From Chloropicon primus (taxonomy: Eukaryota), in NCBI GenBank assembly GCA_023205875.1, contig CP060771.1:62001-126000 (forward strand): a DNA stretch of 64,000 nt. The letters run 5' to 3'. The translations under genes and the position numbers were made by a program. Shown one piece after another: positions 1 through 10,736 of the stretch (the stretch's first letter is position 1; each line of letters opens with the position of its first letter). The notes under the pieces are model-generated. The model worked only from the letters and a program-made list of their open reading frames with translations, was not told the DNA's origin and searched no databases.

Positions 1-180
1 CGATAATACACGTTACCCGAAGAACCCGAAGAACCCGAACAAGTGGAGAGCACGAGAGTAAACATTCCACATGGGACCAGAACGAAAGAGAGAGAAAGAG
101 AGTCACGAGATGGAACGTCTTGGGAAGAATGAAAACGACAATTGAATTCAATCCTCTCTCAAGGTCTCAAGAGAACGACA

Positions 181-209
181 GAGAGAGAGAGAAAGAAAGA
201 GACACAGAG

Positions 210-243
<34 letters not shown>
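181..243. repeat. (AG)n-rich microsatellite
   Basis: Direct reading. Confidence 0.9.
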
Positions 244-246
<3 letters not shown>

Positions 247-650
247 TGTGGCTTACTGCCTCCTCTGGTCTCCTGTCTCCTGTGGGATTAAGGTTTTTCC
301 CTTCTCCTCCTTCGTTTCCTTTTCTTCTCCTCCTTTTCTCCTCTTCTTCTCCTTTCCTTTAATGATCCGGTCAATCCACCTCATAAGGGTGTAAAGGATG
401 AGGAAGAGTGTACCGCACGAAAACACGAACGAAGCCAGAGCGCGACGACGACGACGGAGGACGTGGTTTCAGAGGACGAAAGGACCGCGAAGAGGGGAAA
501 GGACGCGAGAGTTCGACGAGCAGGACGAAAGAGTATCTCGTGATCTTTCCAAAGAGCTCTTACTTGGCTCATTTGGCGTCCGGAAGAGGGAGACGGGTTG
601 GCATTGGACACAGTTTGGGTTGCTGTTTGTAGAACAAGGGGGAAGGAAGG

Positions 651-1696
651 ATGACTTCGGCGGCGAGGCCGACGTGGGCACCCGCCAAGGGTTCCGAGGA
701 CCAGGTAAGTTAGAACGTCGTCCATCCCTCCGGCCATCCCTCGCTCGACGAAACAAACCACTGAACCACCAACGTTGTTGTTGTTGTTGTTGTTGTTTGA
801 CATGACATGGCATGGCAGGGAGGCAGTAAGATGTTTGGATCGAGGACCTCGTACTCGAGCAAGGACCTTCCGGGCCACAAGGAGCTGAAGTCTCGTGCTT
901 TGGGTCAGGACGGGGCGGAGGAGGTGGGCAAGAGGGACCTGAAGAGGGAGCTCTTGGAGAAGGAGGCCAAGCACTTTGCCAACAAGCCGGAGCTCCTGGC
1001 GGCCAAGCAGCTCAAGGTAAGTCGCGAGCGTCCGAGTGCTCGATTCGATCAGCAAAAAGTTCCCGAGCCTTTGCCTGACTGAGTTGTTTTGTTTTCGTTC
1101 TGCTCTGTTTGCGCCTTCGCTTCGACGGCGGAACACAGATACAGGCGCTGGAGCATAAGATAAAGGTGCCGGGGGTCGTGGACGCGGAGTTTGCGGCGAC
1201 TGGGGACCTCGTGACGCGGGAGGCAGACGCCGACGAGGACTTTGATTTCGACGACGGAGAGGGGGAGGACACGAAGGCCCGGTCGGCCCTTGGGGGCGGG
1301 GTGGAGGGCGCGGACGGCGGTGCCGCCGGGGTTTCGGAGGAGGAGGAGGACAGCAGCGACGAGGACGACGACGAGGACGACGACGAGGCAGAGCTTCTGG
1401 CGGAGTTGGAAAAGATAAAGCGGGAAAGGGCCGAGGAGCGCCAGAAGAAGGAGCAGGAGGCGGCGGAGGAAAACATGCTGGGCCAGAAGGACGAGATCAT
1501 GAGGGGCAACCCGCTGCTCAACATCGATGGCGGCGCCGGCGGTGGTGGTGACGACTTCCTGGTCAGACGGCGGTGGGACGACGACGTCGTGTTCAAGAAC
1601 CAGACCAGGAATGAGCCCAAGAGACAGAAGCGGTTCATCAACGATACGATACGATCAGATTTTCACCGTCGTTTTCTTGATAAATATATCAAATGA
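651..1696 (+). CDS. CWC15: Spliceosome-associated protein CWC15; exons 651-704, 819-1016, ~1139(or 1145)-1696
   Basis: N-terminus MTSAARPTWAPAKGSEDQ|GG..YSSKDLPGH.KLK; C-terminus VRRRWDDDVVFKNQ..RFINDTIRSDFHRRFLDKYIK; in-frame GT-AG introns. Confidence 0.93.
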
Positions 1697-1726
1697 CACA
1701 TCCTTTTGCTTTGGTGCGTGTGTGTG

Positions 1727-1731
1727 TGTAA
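1727..1731 (+). promoter_or_regulatory. Chlorophyte-type poly(A) signal TGTAA (also 30646, 36505, 44207 on +; 36594-36598 on -)
   Basis: TGTAA recurs within about 60 nt downstream of several stop codons. Confidence 0.55.
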
Positions 1732-1784
1732 TCCTAAAGAAACTGTTTGTTTGTCTGTCTGTCTGTGTGTCTGTCTGTTCGTTA

Positions 1785-3319
1785 TCACCTTTCACCTCTG
1801 AACTTGCGAGACTGCTGCTGCGACATCACTTTGAGGATGAGTTGGTCCGCCTTCCTCACCGCCTCGAGACAATCCCTCAGCTCGTGCTCTAGCCTCTCAC
1901 ACCTCTCGACCAGCTCCTGGTTGGCCCGGTGGAGCTCAAGGTTTTCCCTCTTCACCTCCTCCAACTGCAGGAACCTCGCATCATCCTGGTCCGTGGCGCT
2001 GAATCGGCTGCCCTTCGCTTCCAAAAGAAGGTCCTCGAGTTTGGAAATGAACTCGTCTTTCGACGAGTTCACCCTTCCTTGCTTGCTTCTCGGCGGGGTC
2101 TGCGTACCGCACGACGTGGCCTGCGCATTCTCGCCCAGCGAAGGGGACGCGGACAGGGACACGAGGGGATCAGGCTTGCGGCGATCTTGGCTCAAGTCTT
2201 GCTGCTTGCCCTGCCTCGGTCCGCTTGCCCTGCCGATGGATGTCTCATTCGGTCCTGAAGTGGAGGGGGCGAGGGGCGTCGCTCTGAGGAGGTCCGAGGT
2301 TTCGGACTGGACACCCGAGCCGGCTTTGCTCGCCTGGTCGAGCTGCTTCATAATCGTGTACAACTTCCGGCACTCCTGTGTTTTCTCATCCAAAAGGACC
2401 ATCACATCCGCCAGGAGATCGCTGTTTCCTTTGGCGGCGCTGGTCTGGGGCACGACCTCCTCCTCCTCGGACTCTGGGTTGTCGCAACTGGCAATCGCTT
2501 CGTCCAATTGCTGCTGCTGCTGCGCAAAGCTCAGCTCCCTTGCCCACTCCGGCGTTCCTTGGGCTTGAGGAGGGAGGGGGGTCGCAAGGTCGATGAGTAT
2601 GGGACTCCTCCTGTCCGGCGGTGGTCCCGATACGCGCTGCTGCTGCTGCTGCTGCTCCTCGGCCTCATCACGATGCCCTCCCGCCCTGACCACGCCCCTC
2701 GCGCCGGATGTGGACGTGAGTGAGCGCTCCGTTTGCCTCGTGGCACCTGCCTTGACTCTGTCACCTTGCAGACTCTTCTGCCTTTGCGCCCGCGGAGTGG
2801 AAGCCCCTCTCGCGGTGCTCGAGTGCTTTACCTTTTCGAGAGAGAGCTGCAACTGCCGGGCTTTCTTGCCCGTTTCCTTGGAAAGGTTCGTCCTGTTATG
2901 AAGCGGACGACGCTGCTCGGTGCCTATCTGGGACAAAGGCAGCACCTTGGCAGGGTTTGAGCCCTCCCTGGCGTCTCCTCCCCTCTCCCTCGCTTCCTTT
3001 CCACCTGCCTTCACTGGCGTGTACCTCTTACGATTCCGGTACCACAACTACCACAACGTGCGTCAGAGAGAGAGAGAGAGAGAGAGAGAGGTAGAGAGGT
3101 CAGACGCAAAGTCAGTTTCTGGCCTGCTTCCCGAGCAAGGAGCTTGAAGAAGACCTCCTTCCAACATCAACTCACATCAAACTCCTCTATCCTTCTCTCC
3201 ACATTGGTTGTTGCCTCGTCGAGCACCTGGACGGAGGAGGGCGACAGTGGCAGAGGGGTGTGAGACGGAGACAGAGGACTCAGTCCCGGCAACACCTCTC
3301 CCGTGGCCTCGTGAGCCAT
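1785..3319 (-). CDS. Hypothetical low-complexity protein with C-terminal coiled coil; main exon 3047-1785, upstream exon ending at 3176, start uncertain
   Basis: 420-aa ORF; TAG acceptor at 3050-3048 and GTGAGT donor at 3175 join in frame (..IEEFD|LWYRN..); no family recognised. Confidence 0.5.
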
Positions 3320-3698
3320 CCTTCCGGTTGCCTTTCTATTGCTATCCGGCCCTGCTGCTGCTGCTGTGCAACCCCAAGGTGTGTGCCAAACTGTCAAAGA
3401 AAGGTGAAGTGGTGTGAGGGGAAAAGGGAAAGGCACAACAAGATCCGCTTGATTGATTGATTGAGGTGTGAGACCTGCCTGCCTTGACCTGGACTTGGAC
3501 TTGGACTTGGATCGGCTTCCCCTTGGTGTTTGCTCTGCTCTGTGTTGTTTCAAACTAAATGTTGTCTTGGGGTGGCGCGAAATTTCGGCCAGCCAGGAGG
3601 AGGAGAGAGACGAGACTCCAGACTTGACAGGGAAACGAGCCTTGATTAGGATTAGGATTAGGATGAAGGATTACACGTGGTTTTGTTTGTTACCTTAA

Positions 3699-5450
3699 TT
3701 ACCTGGATTGCTGCTGAGAAACGATCTTGTTGGAGTCATCTTCATTGTCCATGCCTGGTATTTTCTTGGTCACGCCCCACACGGGTTCCGCCTTTTTGCC
3801 CTGAAGCCAGTGAGGCTCCACAGTGCAAGAGGTGTTCGTGGTCCAGTCCTTGTGCCTCCCATCGAGGAAGAGCGTCTTCTTTACCGGGGATCCTGGCTGG
3901 AAGGAGTCGTGGTAGCTCTTTGTCATCTCCTCGTGAGCGTTTTGCCCCACCATATTCATCTGCGCGGTGTTGTCGTAAGGATAAGAGGAGAGCACAGGTG
4001 CGCTTTTTCCCAAGTTCAGCCGCTTCCCAAAGGGCTGCGGCGTGCTGATTTCAACGGGCTTCCAAGAGTCCTTCTCGATGTGTCTCAGTTCCTCAATCTC
4101 CAGCTCAAGAATTCGCTTCAACTTGAGGGAGTGCGTGTCGTCCTCGTCCTTGAGCAGGGTGTCCAGCTCCATCTCAAGCTTATCGAAAGCTTCCTTGCCC
4201 TTGGAGTGCAAAACGTTGAACTCGCCATAAATAGTCGCATCCGCCATCAAGTTCTCGTCGTCCCTCAAGTACTCGTGCGTGAGGGCCTCGGTTGCCCCGC
4301 ACCGGGTCTCTGGGTCGAACTCGAGCATCCTCCTGAGGAGGTCCAAACACACCTCCGAGATCCCCTGGAACCTTCGTCCCAAAGTGGGCGCGTGGCCAGG
4401 CAGGTGCATCAGGAAGCTTTTCCACCTCTGATCCGAAATTTTGTTGACAAGGTGCCAGGCCGGCGTGCCGACGACTTCAAAGACGGTCCTGAGCTCCCTG
4501 TGAGCCATCGTCGCCCCTTCCCCGTCGTCCCAAGAGACGCCACTGAATAATTTGGGCTGGGAAGAGAGGTTGAAGAGGGGGAGGACTCTCAGGTGCTTGC
4601 AATAGGCCTTCGAATTGGAAAGCAGGCGGGCAAGAAGCTCGGCCAGGATGCACCCCAAGCTCCAGACATCGACCTTGGACGTGTAGCTCTCCAGCGCCAT
4701 GACGACCTCCGGTGCCCTGTAGCACGGAGTGGCCACTGCCGTGGTCATCTGAGACCTCATCTGGTGATGGGAATCGGATGAGCCGGCCTGCTCGTCGTCC
4801 GGGAGAGCTTCGTAGCTTTTGTTTCTGGTTATGTTCTTCGTTGAGTCGTTGCTCGCCACTCTGGCGCAGCCGAAATCGGCGAGCTTGACGGTTCTCTTTC
4901 CGGTCTCCGAGTCCGTCTTGATCAGAATGTTCGCGCTCTTGATGTCCCTGTGAATCACGCCGGAGGAGTGCAAGAATTGCACGGCAAGGAGCAGCTGGTC
5001 GATGATGTGCTTCACCTCGGAGTCGTTCAACTGGTCGCTCATGTGGAACAAGTCACCTCCGTCGATGTACTCAAGAACCAGATAGAGATCCACGCTGTCC
5101 GTCACCAGCTTTCCTCCTACCATCTTCCACTTCCCCGTTGGCGAGGGCATCATGAACAGATCGCGCAGCTCAACGATGTTGGGATGCCTCAGCCTTCTCT
5201 GGATGTAAACCTCCCTGATCACGTTCTTCGCGTTGTTCTTGTGCACGAAGACGTCCTTGATTTTTTTCAACGCCACGAGTTCCCCCGTCTTCAGGTCTCT
5301 CGCAAGGCAGACAACGCTGAAGGAACCTTTGCCGAGCGAACGAATGAGCTCATACCTCTTCCCGACTTTCCACATGTCCCCTTGCACGGTGAACGCCCCA
5401 TCCCCCTCATACGGGAGTTTCTCCACGTCTGACACCACAGAAGGCTTCAT
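3699..5450 (-). CDS. MAP kinase-like Ser/Thr kinase (CMGC) with atypical activation loop; may extend upstream through an intron
   Basis: LGKGSFSVV, VALKK, HRDIKSANIL, DFG, TTAVATPCYRAPE, DVWSLGCILAEL, LDLLRRMLEFDP. Confidence 0.88.
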   Translation of the reverse strand: MKPSVVSDVEKLPYEGDGAFTVQGDMWKVGKRYELIRSLGKGSFSVVCLARDLKTGELVALKKIKDVFVHKNNAKNVIREVYIQRRLRHPNIVELRDLFMMPSPTGKWKMVGGKLVTDSVDLYLVLEYIDGGDLFHMSDQLNDSEVKHIIDQLLLAVQFLHSSGVIHRDIKSANILIKTDSETGKRTVKLADFGCARVASNDSTKNITRNKSYEALPDDEQAGSSDSHHQMRSQMTTAVATPCYRAPEVVMALESYTSKVDVWSLGCILAELLARLLSNSKAYCKHLRVLPLFNLSSQPKLFSGVSWDDGEGATMAHRELRTVFEVVGTPAWHLVNKISDQRWKSFLMHLPGHAPTLGRRFQGISEVCLDLLRRMLEFDPETRCGATEALTHEYLRDDENLMADATIYGEFNVLHSKGKEAFDKLEMELDTLLKDEDDTHSLKLKRILELEIEELRHIEKDSWKPVEISTPQPFGKRLNLGKSAPVLSSYPYDNTAQMNMVGQNAHEEMTKSYHDSFQPGSPVKKTLFLDGRHKDWTTNTSCTVEPHWLQGKKAEPVWGVTKKIPGMDNEDDSNKIVSQQQSR

Positions 5451-5784
5451 ACTGCCTTGACCCTCTCCGGGTACCTCGACCTTCCTCCTCTTCACAATAC
5501 TGTCAGGGCCAGGCCAACACAACACAACACAACACAACACTTCCCGACTCAGTCAAGGCAGAGCCATCTCGATCCTCCGTCGAGGAGACCTTGTGACCCC
5601 CCAAAGCCCTTGACCCTTCCACAACACACGCCCAAACCTTGCTCCTGGTCTCCTCTGGTCCCAAGCCAAGACCAGACAGAGGCTGAATCCCTCCCCGTGG
5701 ATGCCCCCGTCCTCCGCAGCTGGGTTCCGACACCGCCCTCGCCTCCGTCCTCCTCGCCGAGGGATGCCAACTCAACCACCTGTC

Positions 5785-6017
5785 AAGGACAAGGACAAGG
5801 ACAAGGACAAGGATGAGGATGAGGATGAGGATGACCCAACCAAGATGATGAGGATGAGGATGAGGGTGAGAAGGATGTTTTCCTTTCGTTCGTTCGTTCG
5901 TTCGTTTGGATGGACGAGTGAGTGAGTGAATGAATGAATGAATGAATGATACCTTCGCCAACGAAAGGAGGAACCCGCGTCCTCGTCGTCCTCGTCGTCC
6001 TCGTCGTCCTCGTCGTC
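5785..6017. repeat. Mosaic of microsatellites (AAGGAC, GATGAG, TTCG, GAGT, GAAT, CGTCCTCGT) in the MAPK/EMC8 divergent spacer
   Basis: Direct reading. Confidence 0.85.
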
Positions 6018-6228
6018 CGCGTCAGTCGAGACCTCCGAAACTTTTTTAGATTTTTTGGGTTCTCTCTGGTCGTCACGTCACTCGACGACGCGATCGATCA
6101 AGCAAGGAGCGAGGGACGTAAAGGTAAGAGCGTCACGTCGACGGCTTCCTCCGTCGGAACCCCTCGCTGAAGAACTCTTCGCTTCACCTCTTCTCTTCTC
6201 TTCTCTTGTCTTCTCGATCGCACTCGTC

Positions 6229-7125
6229 ATGGAAAGCATGGCGATGGCGTATGGTGTGAACGCGCAAGCGGTGGGGAAGGTTGTGCTCCATGGAGCAAAG
6301 TATGGCGCAGGTGAAGTGTGCGGAGCGTTGCTTGGACGATGGGATGGTGCGGAGGATGGGCCAGTGCTCGTGGAGGATGCCGTACCTTTCTTTCATAAGT
6401 GTGAGAACAAGTACTCGCCGCTCATGGAGGTTGCCCTTGCTCAGGTGAGTGAAAGGAAAGGAAAGGATCGGGTGGAAAGCAAGTGGATAGAGAGGAAGGA
6501 AAGTGTGGATGCTGACGCCCCGCTGAATGAATTGGATGGAATGCCTTCCTCTTTCCTTTTCATCTTTCATGTTTCATCTTTAGGCGGAGAGCTATGCGAG
6601 CACGGTGGGTTTGAAAGTTGTGGGTTTCTACCAGGCCAACGAGAGGAACGACGACGGGTCCTTGCACGCCTCCACCAAGCGGATCGGAGATGCCGTTCGC
6701 GACAAGAGCGGGTTCCCCAAGGCATGCCTCCTCCTGCTGAACAACGAAGGGTTCACGAGCTTCCTCAGCGGTGAGGCAGCAGATAGGTACGACGACGAAG
6801 GTGGTGGCCGACGAAGAGCAGCGAGCGGCCGTGAAGCGACTCTGACACGTTATGTTGTGGTGTTTGTTGTCCCCTCTCTCGTCTCGTTCCGTTTGGATTT
6901 GTGATCAGTTTGCCTTTCACTCTCTACGTGAAGAGGGGCGCGGGGAGCTCGTGGGAAGCCTCGAGACGGGAGAGCCTCAAGTGCCTGGGTGGGCTGAGCA
7001 TCAAAGTGATCAGGGAGATCGTGATGGACAAGGTGGCCCAGGGAAAGCAAAAAGACTTGTACGACTTCAGCGAGCACATCTGCGACCTGTCCAAAGACTG
7101 GCGCAACGTGAACTTGATAGTCTAG
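6229..7125 (+). CDS. EMC8/9: ER membrane protein complex subunit 8/9 (UPF0172, MPN-like); exons 6229-6444, 6584-6786, 6909-7125
   Basis: KVVLHGAKY..VCGALLG, DAVPFFH, PLMEVALAQ, VVGFYQANER, LYDFSEHICDLSKDWRN; exon phases consistent. Confidence 0.88.
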
Positions 7126-7221
7126 ACCCGCCGAAAACCAAAAAAACAGAGAGGAGAGTAAACGTGATGTGTATAACTTCAACTCGACAAATATGAACTA
7201 CGGCGGCCAGCGCGGTCAACG

Positions 7222-7952
7222 TTAACGGAAGATCCAAGACAGGAAGCCCTTCTTCTTGTACACGCCCGCCACCTGCTTCGCGCTCTCGATGCAGTCGTCC
7301 TTGGACCCACCCGTGTCGATCACCAAGTCGGACAACTGCCTCTTCTTCTCGAGAGGCATCTGAGCTTTGATTCTTTGCTTGGCGTGGTCCTCCGTGCACC
7401 CGTCTCTTGCCACGAACCTCTTCACCTGATCGGATTCCTCGCAGGACACGCAGACCGTGGACGAGCACAGCATCTCGAGTTTGGCTTCGAAGAGCAGGGG
7501 GCAATCCAAAACGACGACCGGCTTGAGCGTAAGAAAGCTCACGAGTATTTGCCGCAGGAGCTCCACAATAATCGGCAAGTGAGTCGCCTTGTTCAGCTTG
7601 GACAACTTCGCTTTATCGTTGAAGACGACATCAGCCAGCTTCTTCCTGTCCAGCTGGTCCTGCGGGAAAAAAAAAGAAGCAGTCGTCGTGGAGGAGGAAC
7701 GCCGTCAGGTTTGCCATGCTCTCGAAGATATGGCGAGGGGTGCCCGCCTCAACTCACCCTGCCCTGCTCGTCCGTGGTGAGGACGTCCCTCCCAAAGGTT
7801 CGAACCACCCTGCGGTAACCCCAGTTGCCGCGTTTCGTGGCATCGCGGGAGATCTCGTCCAAGTCGATGACCCTCAAGCCCTCCCGCCGGAACACCGCTG
7901 CGACCGTCGTCTTCCCGCAAGCTATGCCACCTGTCAGACCCACAATATGCAT
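7222..7952 (-). CDS. DPCK: Dephospho-CoA kinase; exons 7952-7758, 7659-7222
   Basis: IVGLTGGIACGKTT P-loop, LDRKKLADVVFND, LNKATH, VVLDCPLLFE, RIKAQMPLEKK. Confidence 0.93.
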
Positions 7953-7993
7953 GGTCACCGTGCTCTCATGCCTCCGCACGGGTCGATCACACA

Positions 7994-8227
7994 GTCAAAC
8001 CGGTCGAGCGACGGCTCAAACGAAAGATCTCAGAGTGAACTTTTCGTCCCGCAACCTCCGAACCTCTCCTGCTTCCGCTCTCGAGCTCCACCGCCTGCCA
8101 AAGCGGTGACACCCTTCACTCGCCCTTGATCCACTTCACCGCGTCCGTGCCGGCCACTCCCTGGGTCAAATCGGTCGAGCGACGGCTCAAACGAAAGCTC
8201 TCAGAGTGAACTTTCGTCTGGCAACCT
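7994..8227. repeat. Two ~63-bp direct repeat copies (7994-8057, 8165-8227) in the DPCK/MBOAT divergent spacer
   Basis: gtcaaa(c/t)cggtcgagcgacggctcaaacgaaag(a/c)tctcagagtgaacttt(t)cgtc..gcaacct occurs twice. Confidence 0.9.
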
Positions 8228-8405
8228 TGCCATCCACTGTCTCCCCCTCTTTCTCCCCCGCTTGGAGAAAACCTCGTCGACTCGTGCCAAACTAAACTCG
8301 CCTTCCCGCGTCTCCCAATCTTTGGCGGCAAAAAATTGTCAGGTTAGAAGTTGGCAATAGAGGGTCTGGGCTTGCGCCGCAACGTCGTCCCTAGGTCGTG
8401 CCAAG

Positions 8406-8916
8406 GTGAGATACGGAGGCCAGGAGGGCGCTATGAAGGGCCAGGGGCATGACCATTGCCTCGTGCTCTTTCCAACGCACGCTCACTCGACTGGAGACCT
8501 TCCCTGACACGTCTTTTGTCCTTTCTCTGTGTTATCTTGGACTCTGTGGCCTGGCCTCGAGTGCAGGTAAGAGGTTGAGAGGACAGGAGGACAGTGGGAA
8601 GGGTCAGGGACGCGGCCATTGTGTCCAATTCTCCTTTTGATGAACCCTTGATGGATCCCAGGACTTGTCTGACACCACTTTTTGTTGTTCCAACCTTGTT
8701 CTCTTTTGTCTCCTGCCTTGTGGTGGTCCTATCTTGTGACCGCCTTATCCCTTGCGTTTACGTGTGCAGGTAAGAGACAGAGACCGGAAGGAGCACGACA
8801 ATGAAGGCCAGGGACGTGGTCAGTGTGCCCCCATGCTCCATGTATCCCAGGACTTGCCTGACACCGCTTGTTGTGTTCTCTTTTGTGTTGTCTTGTCCTT
8901 GGTCTGCGTCTCCCAG
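8406..8916 (+). other. Three abutting homologous intron-like modules (8406-8566, 8567-8769, 8770-8916) in the MBOAT-1 5' leader, joined at AG|GT junctions
   Basis: Each module has a GTRAG donor, a CTGAC branch motif (8504, 8669, 8858), a pyrimidine tract and CAG; shared motifs gg(c/t)caggg and atcccaggacttg(t/c)ctgacacc. Confidence 0.7.
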
Positions 8917-8930
8917 AGGCAGAGGTCAGT

Positions 8931-10334
8931 ATGGTGTGGGGCCTGTTTCGAACGTGCGTGGACTATTTCACGAGGGCCAATGAGATCGTGACGAAGGCGG
9001 TCGAGAATGCGGGGGTGCACATGTCCCTTGCCAAGTTCGTCACGGGCTTGTGCGCCATGGTCCCGGTGAACTTTGTGGCTGGATACATGCCCAAAGGGAA
9101 CGCGAGGCATATCTATGGGACCCTTTCTACCTTGGGACTCCTTGCGTTTACTTATGGCAGAGATGTCGAGCAGTTTGTGTACGCGGGTGCCTTGGTGTAC
9201 TTGTTCATGAAGTTCTTCCCACGAAAGTGCGGTTACCTGACTTGGGCCACGATATTCTCGTACCAAATCTATTTGCACTACGAGCGCTCGTCGGAGGCGG
9301 CGTGGAACGCCGGAGACATCGACTTCACTGGCTCTTTCATGATGCTCGTGTTGAAGCTCATCTCGATCTCGATGGACTACCAGGATGGCATGACCGGCAG
9401 GAAGGCGAAGCACGCCTTCAGCAAGATGCCCTCGGTGCTCGAGTACTGCGGCTACCTCGGAGGAATGAGCGGCGTGATGGTCGGCCCGCACTTTTACTAC
9501 GATGACTACATGAGGTATGCGAACAACTTGGGAGAATACAAGACCCTTGGCACGAGCAAGTTCCCAAACAGGTGGCTTCCCGCGACCAGGGTCACGATTC
9601 AGGCCATCGTTTGCGCCGCCCTCTTTGCGGTGTCGACCAGGGTCATCCCAAGGTCCGTTGTGTTGTTCAACCCAGGCCAGGACATGCCCATCTTGAAGAG
9701 AATTGGACTTTCTTGGATTGCCAACACCGGCTACAGGAGCCGGTTCTACTTTGCTTGGTTCCTCTCCGAGGCGGCTTACATTCTCGCAGGATTTGGTTTC
9801 TCGGGCTACAAGGAAGACGGCGTGACCCCCAAGTGGACCAACGCGATCAACGCCCCCGTGAGGGACATCGAGCTCTCCTCGAGTGCAGCCTTCGTGGTCA
9901 CCCGGTGGAACTGCCACACCGGCATGTGGCTCAGGACTTACGTGTACGAGAGGGCGGGAGGCAAAGGGTTCTGGCCCGTCCTGGTCACCCAGCTCGTCTC
10001 TGGAGTCTGGCACGGTTTCTCCACGGGCTACGTCCTCTTCTTCTTCAACAGCGCGATCCTGATCCACTGCTCGCGCGTCATTTATAGAATCCAAAAGGAG
10101 TACGTCCCGAAGAAGTACAAGAGGCTCTCGGACGAGGTCCACAGGCTTCACACGCTCTTCAACCTGAATTACGTGGCGGGATCCTACGCGGCCGGCAACG
10201 TGTACAGGTGCTTGGGATGGTTCGCGTCCCTCTACTACATGGGTCACATCGAGATGATCGCCGTTATCGTCATCGGTACCGTCTTCTTCCCAAGAAAAGA
10301 AAAGAAGGCCGTCGAGGACAAGAAGAAGGCTTGA
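8931..10334 (+). CDS. MBOAT-family lysophospholipid acyltransferase (LPLAT/LPCAT-like), paralog 1; CDS intronless
   Basis: IDFTGSFMMLVLKLIS..DYQDG, GPHF, RFYFAW.LSE, WNCHTGMWLRTYVYER, VSGVWHG catalytic His, C-terminal KKKA. Confidence 0.93.
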   Translation: MVWGLFRTCVDYFTRANEIVTKAVENAGVHMSLAKFVTGLCAMVPVNFVAGYMPKGNARHIYGTLSTLGLLAFTYGRDVEQFVYAGALVYLFMKFFPRKCGYLTWATIFSYQIYLHYERSSEAAWNAGDIDFTGSFMMLVLKLISISMDYQDGMTGRKAKHAFSKMPSVLEYCGYLGGMSGVMVGPHFYYDDYMRYANNLGEYKTLGTSKFPNRWLPATRVTIQAIVCAALFAVSTRVIPRSVVLFNPGQDMPILKRIGLSWIANTGYRSRFYFAWFLSEAAYILAGFGFSGYKEDGVTPKWTNAINAPVRDIELSSSAAFVVTRWNCHTGMWLRTYVYERAGGKGFWPVLVTQLVSGVWHGFSTGYVLFFFNSAILIHCSRVIYRIQKEYVPKKYKRLSDEVHRLHTLFNLNYVAGSYAAGNVYRCLGWFASLYYMGHIEMIAVIVIGTVFFPRKEKKAVEDKKKA

Positions 10335-10736
10335 GACCTTCTCGAGCGAACCTTTCCCTCGCCGTCATCGTCACCTCCCTCAGCATGGAAGAAGATGAAG
10401 ACGAGCACTAGTAGCAATTTAGATTCGATTGTCCGTGATGAGGTTGTTGCAATAACTTTGAACCCTTGTAGACCTTCTTACTGACTCGAAGAAAAGAAGA
10501 AAACGTCATCACAAACCACAGGAGCTCTCAAGACAAGGCCTTGCCTTTCCCATCCATCCATAAACACAAGGGCGCCTCCTCTCCCCTTCCTCCTCCCTCC
10601 TCCTTCCTCTCCTCCATTTTTTTTTTTAATTTTAGAGCAAGCTCGAGCGTTAACCGCCGGGCGGCCGCCTTCGCCTTCTTCTTCTCATCTCGTGTCGGCT
10701 CTGTGTGTGTGTGCGTGTCGCAAGGAGGTCGAGGCG

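Noticed and set aside
8430..8865. Repeated ATGA..CTGA modules as a C/D snoRNA cluster
   Set aside because: No good RTGATGA C boxes at the expected positions; CTGAC fits branch points followed by pyrimidine tracts
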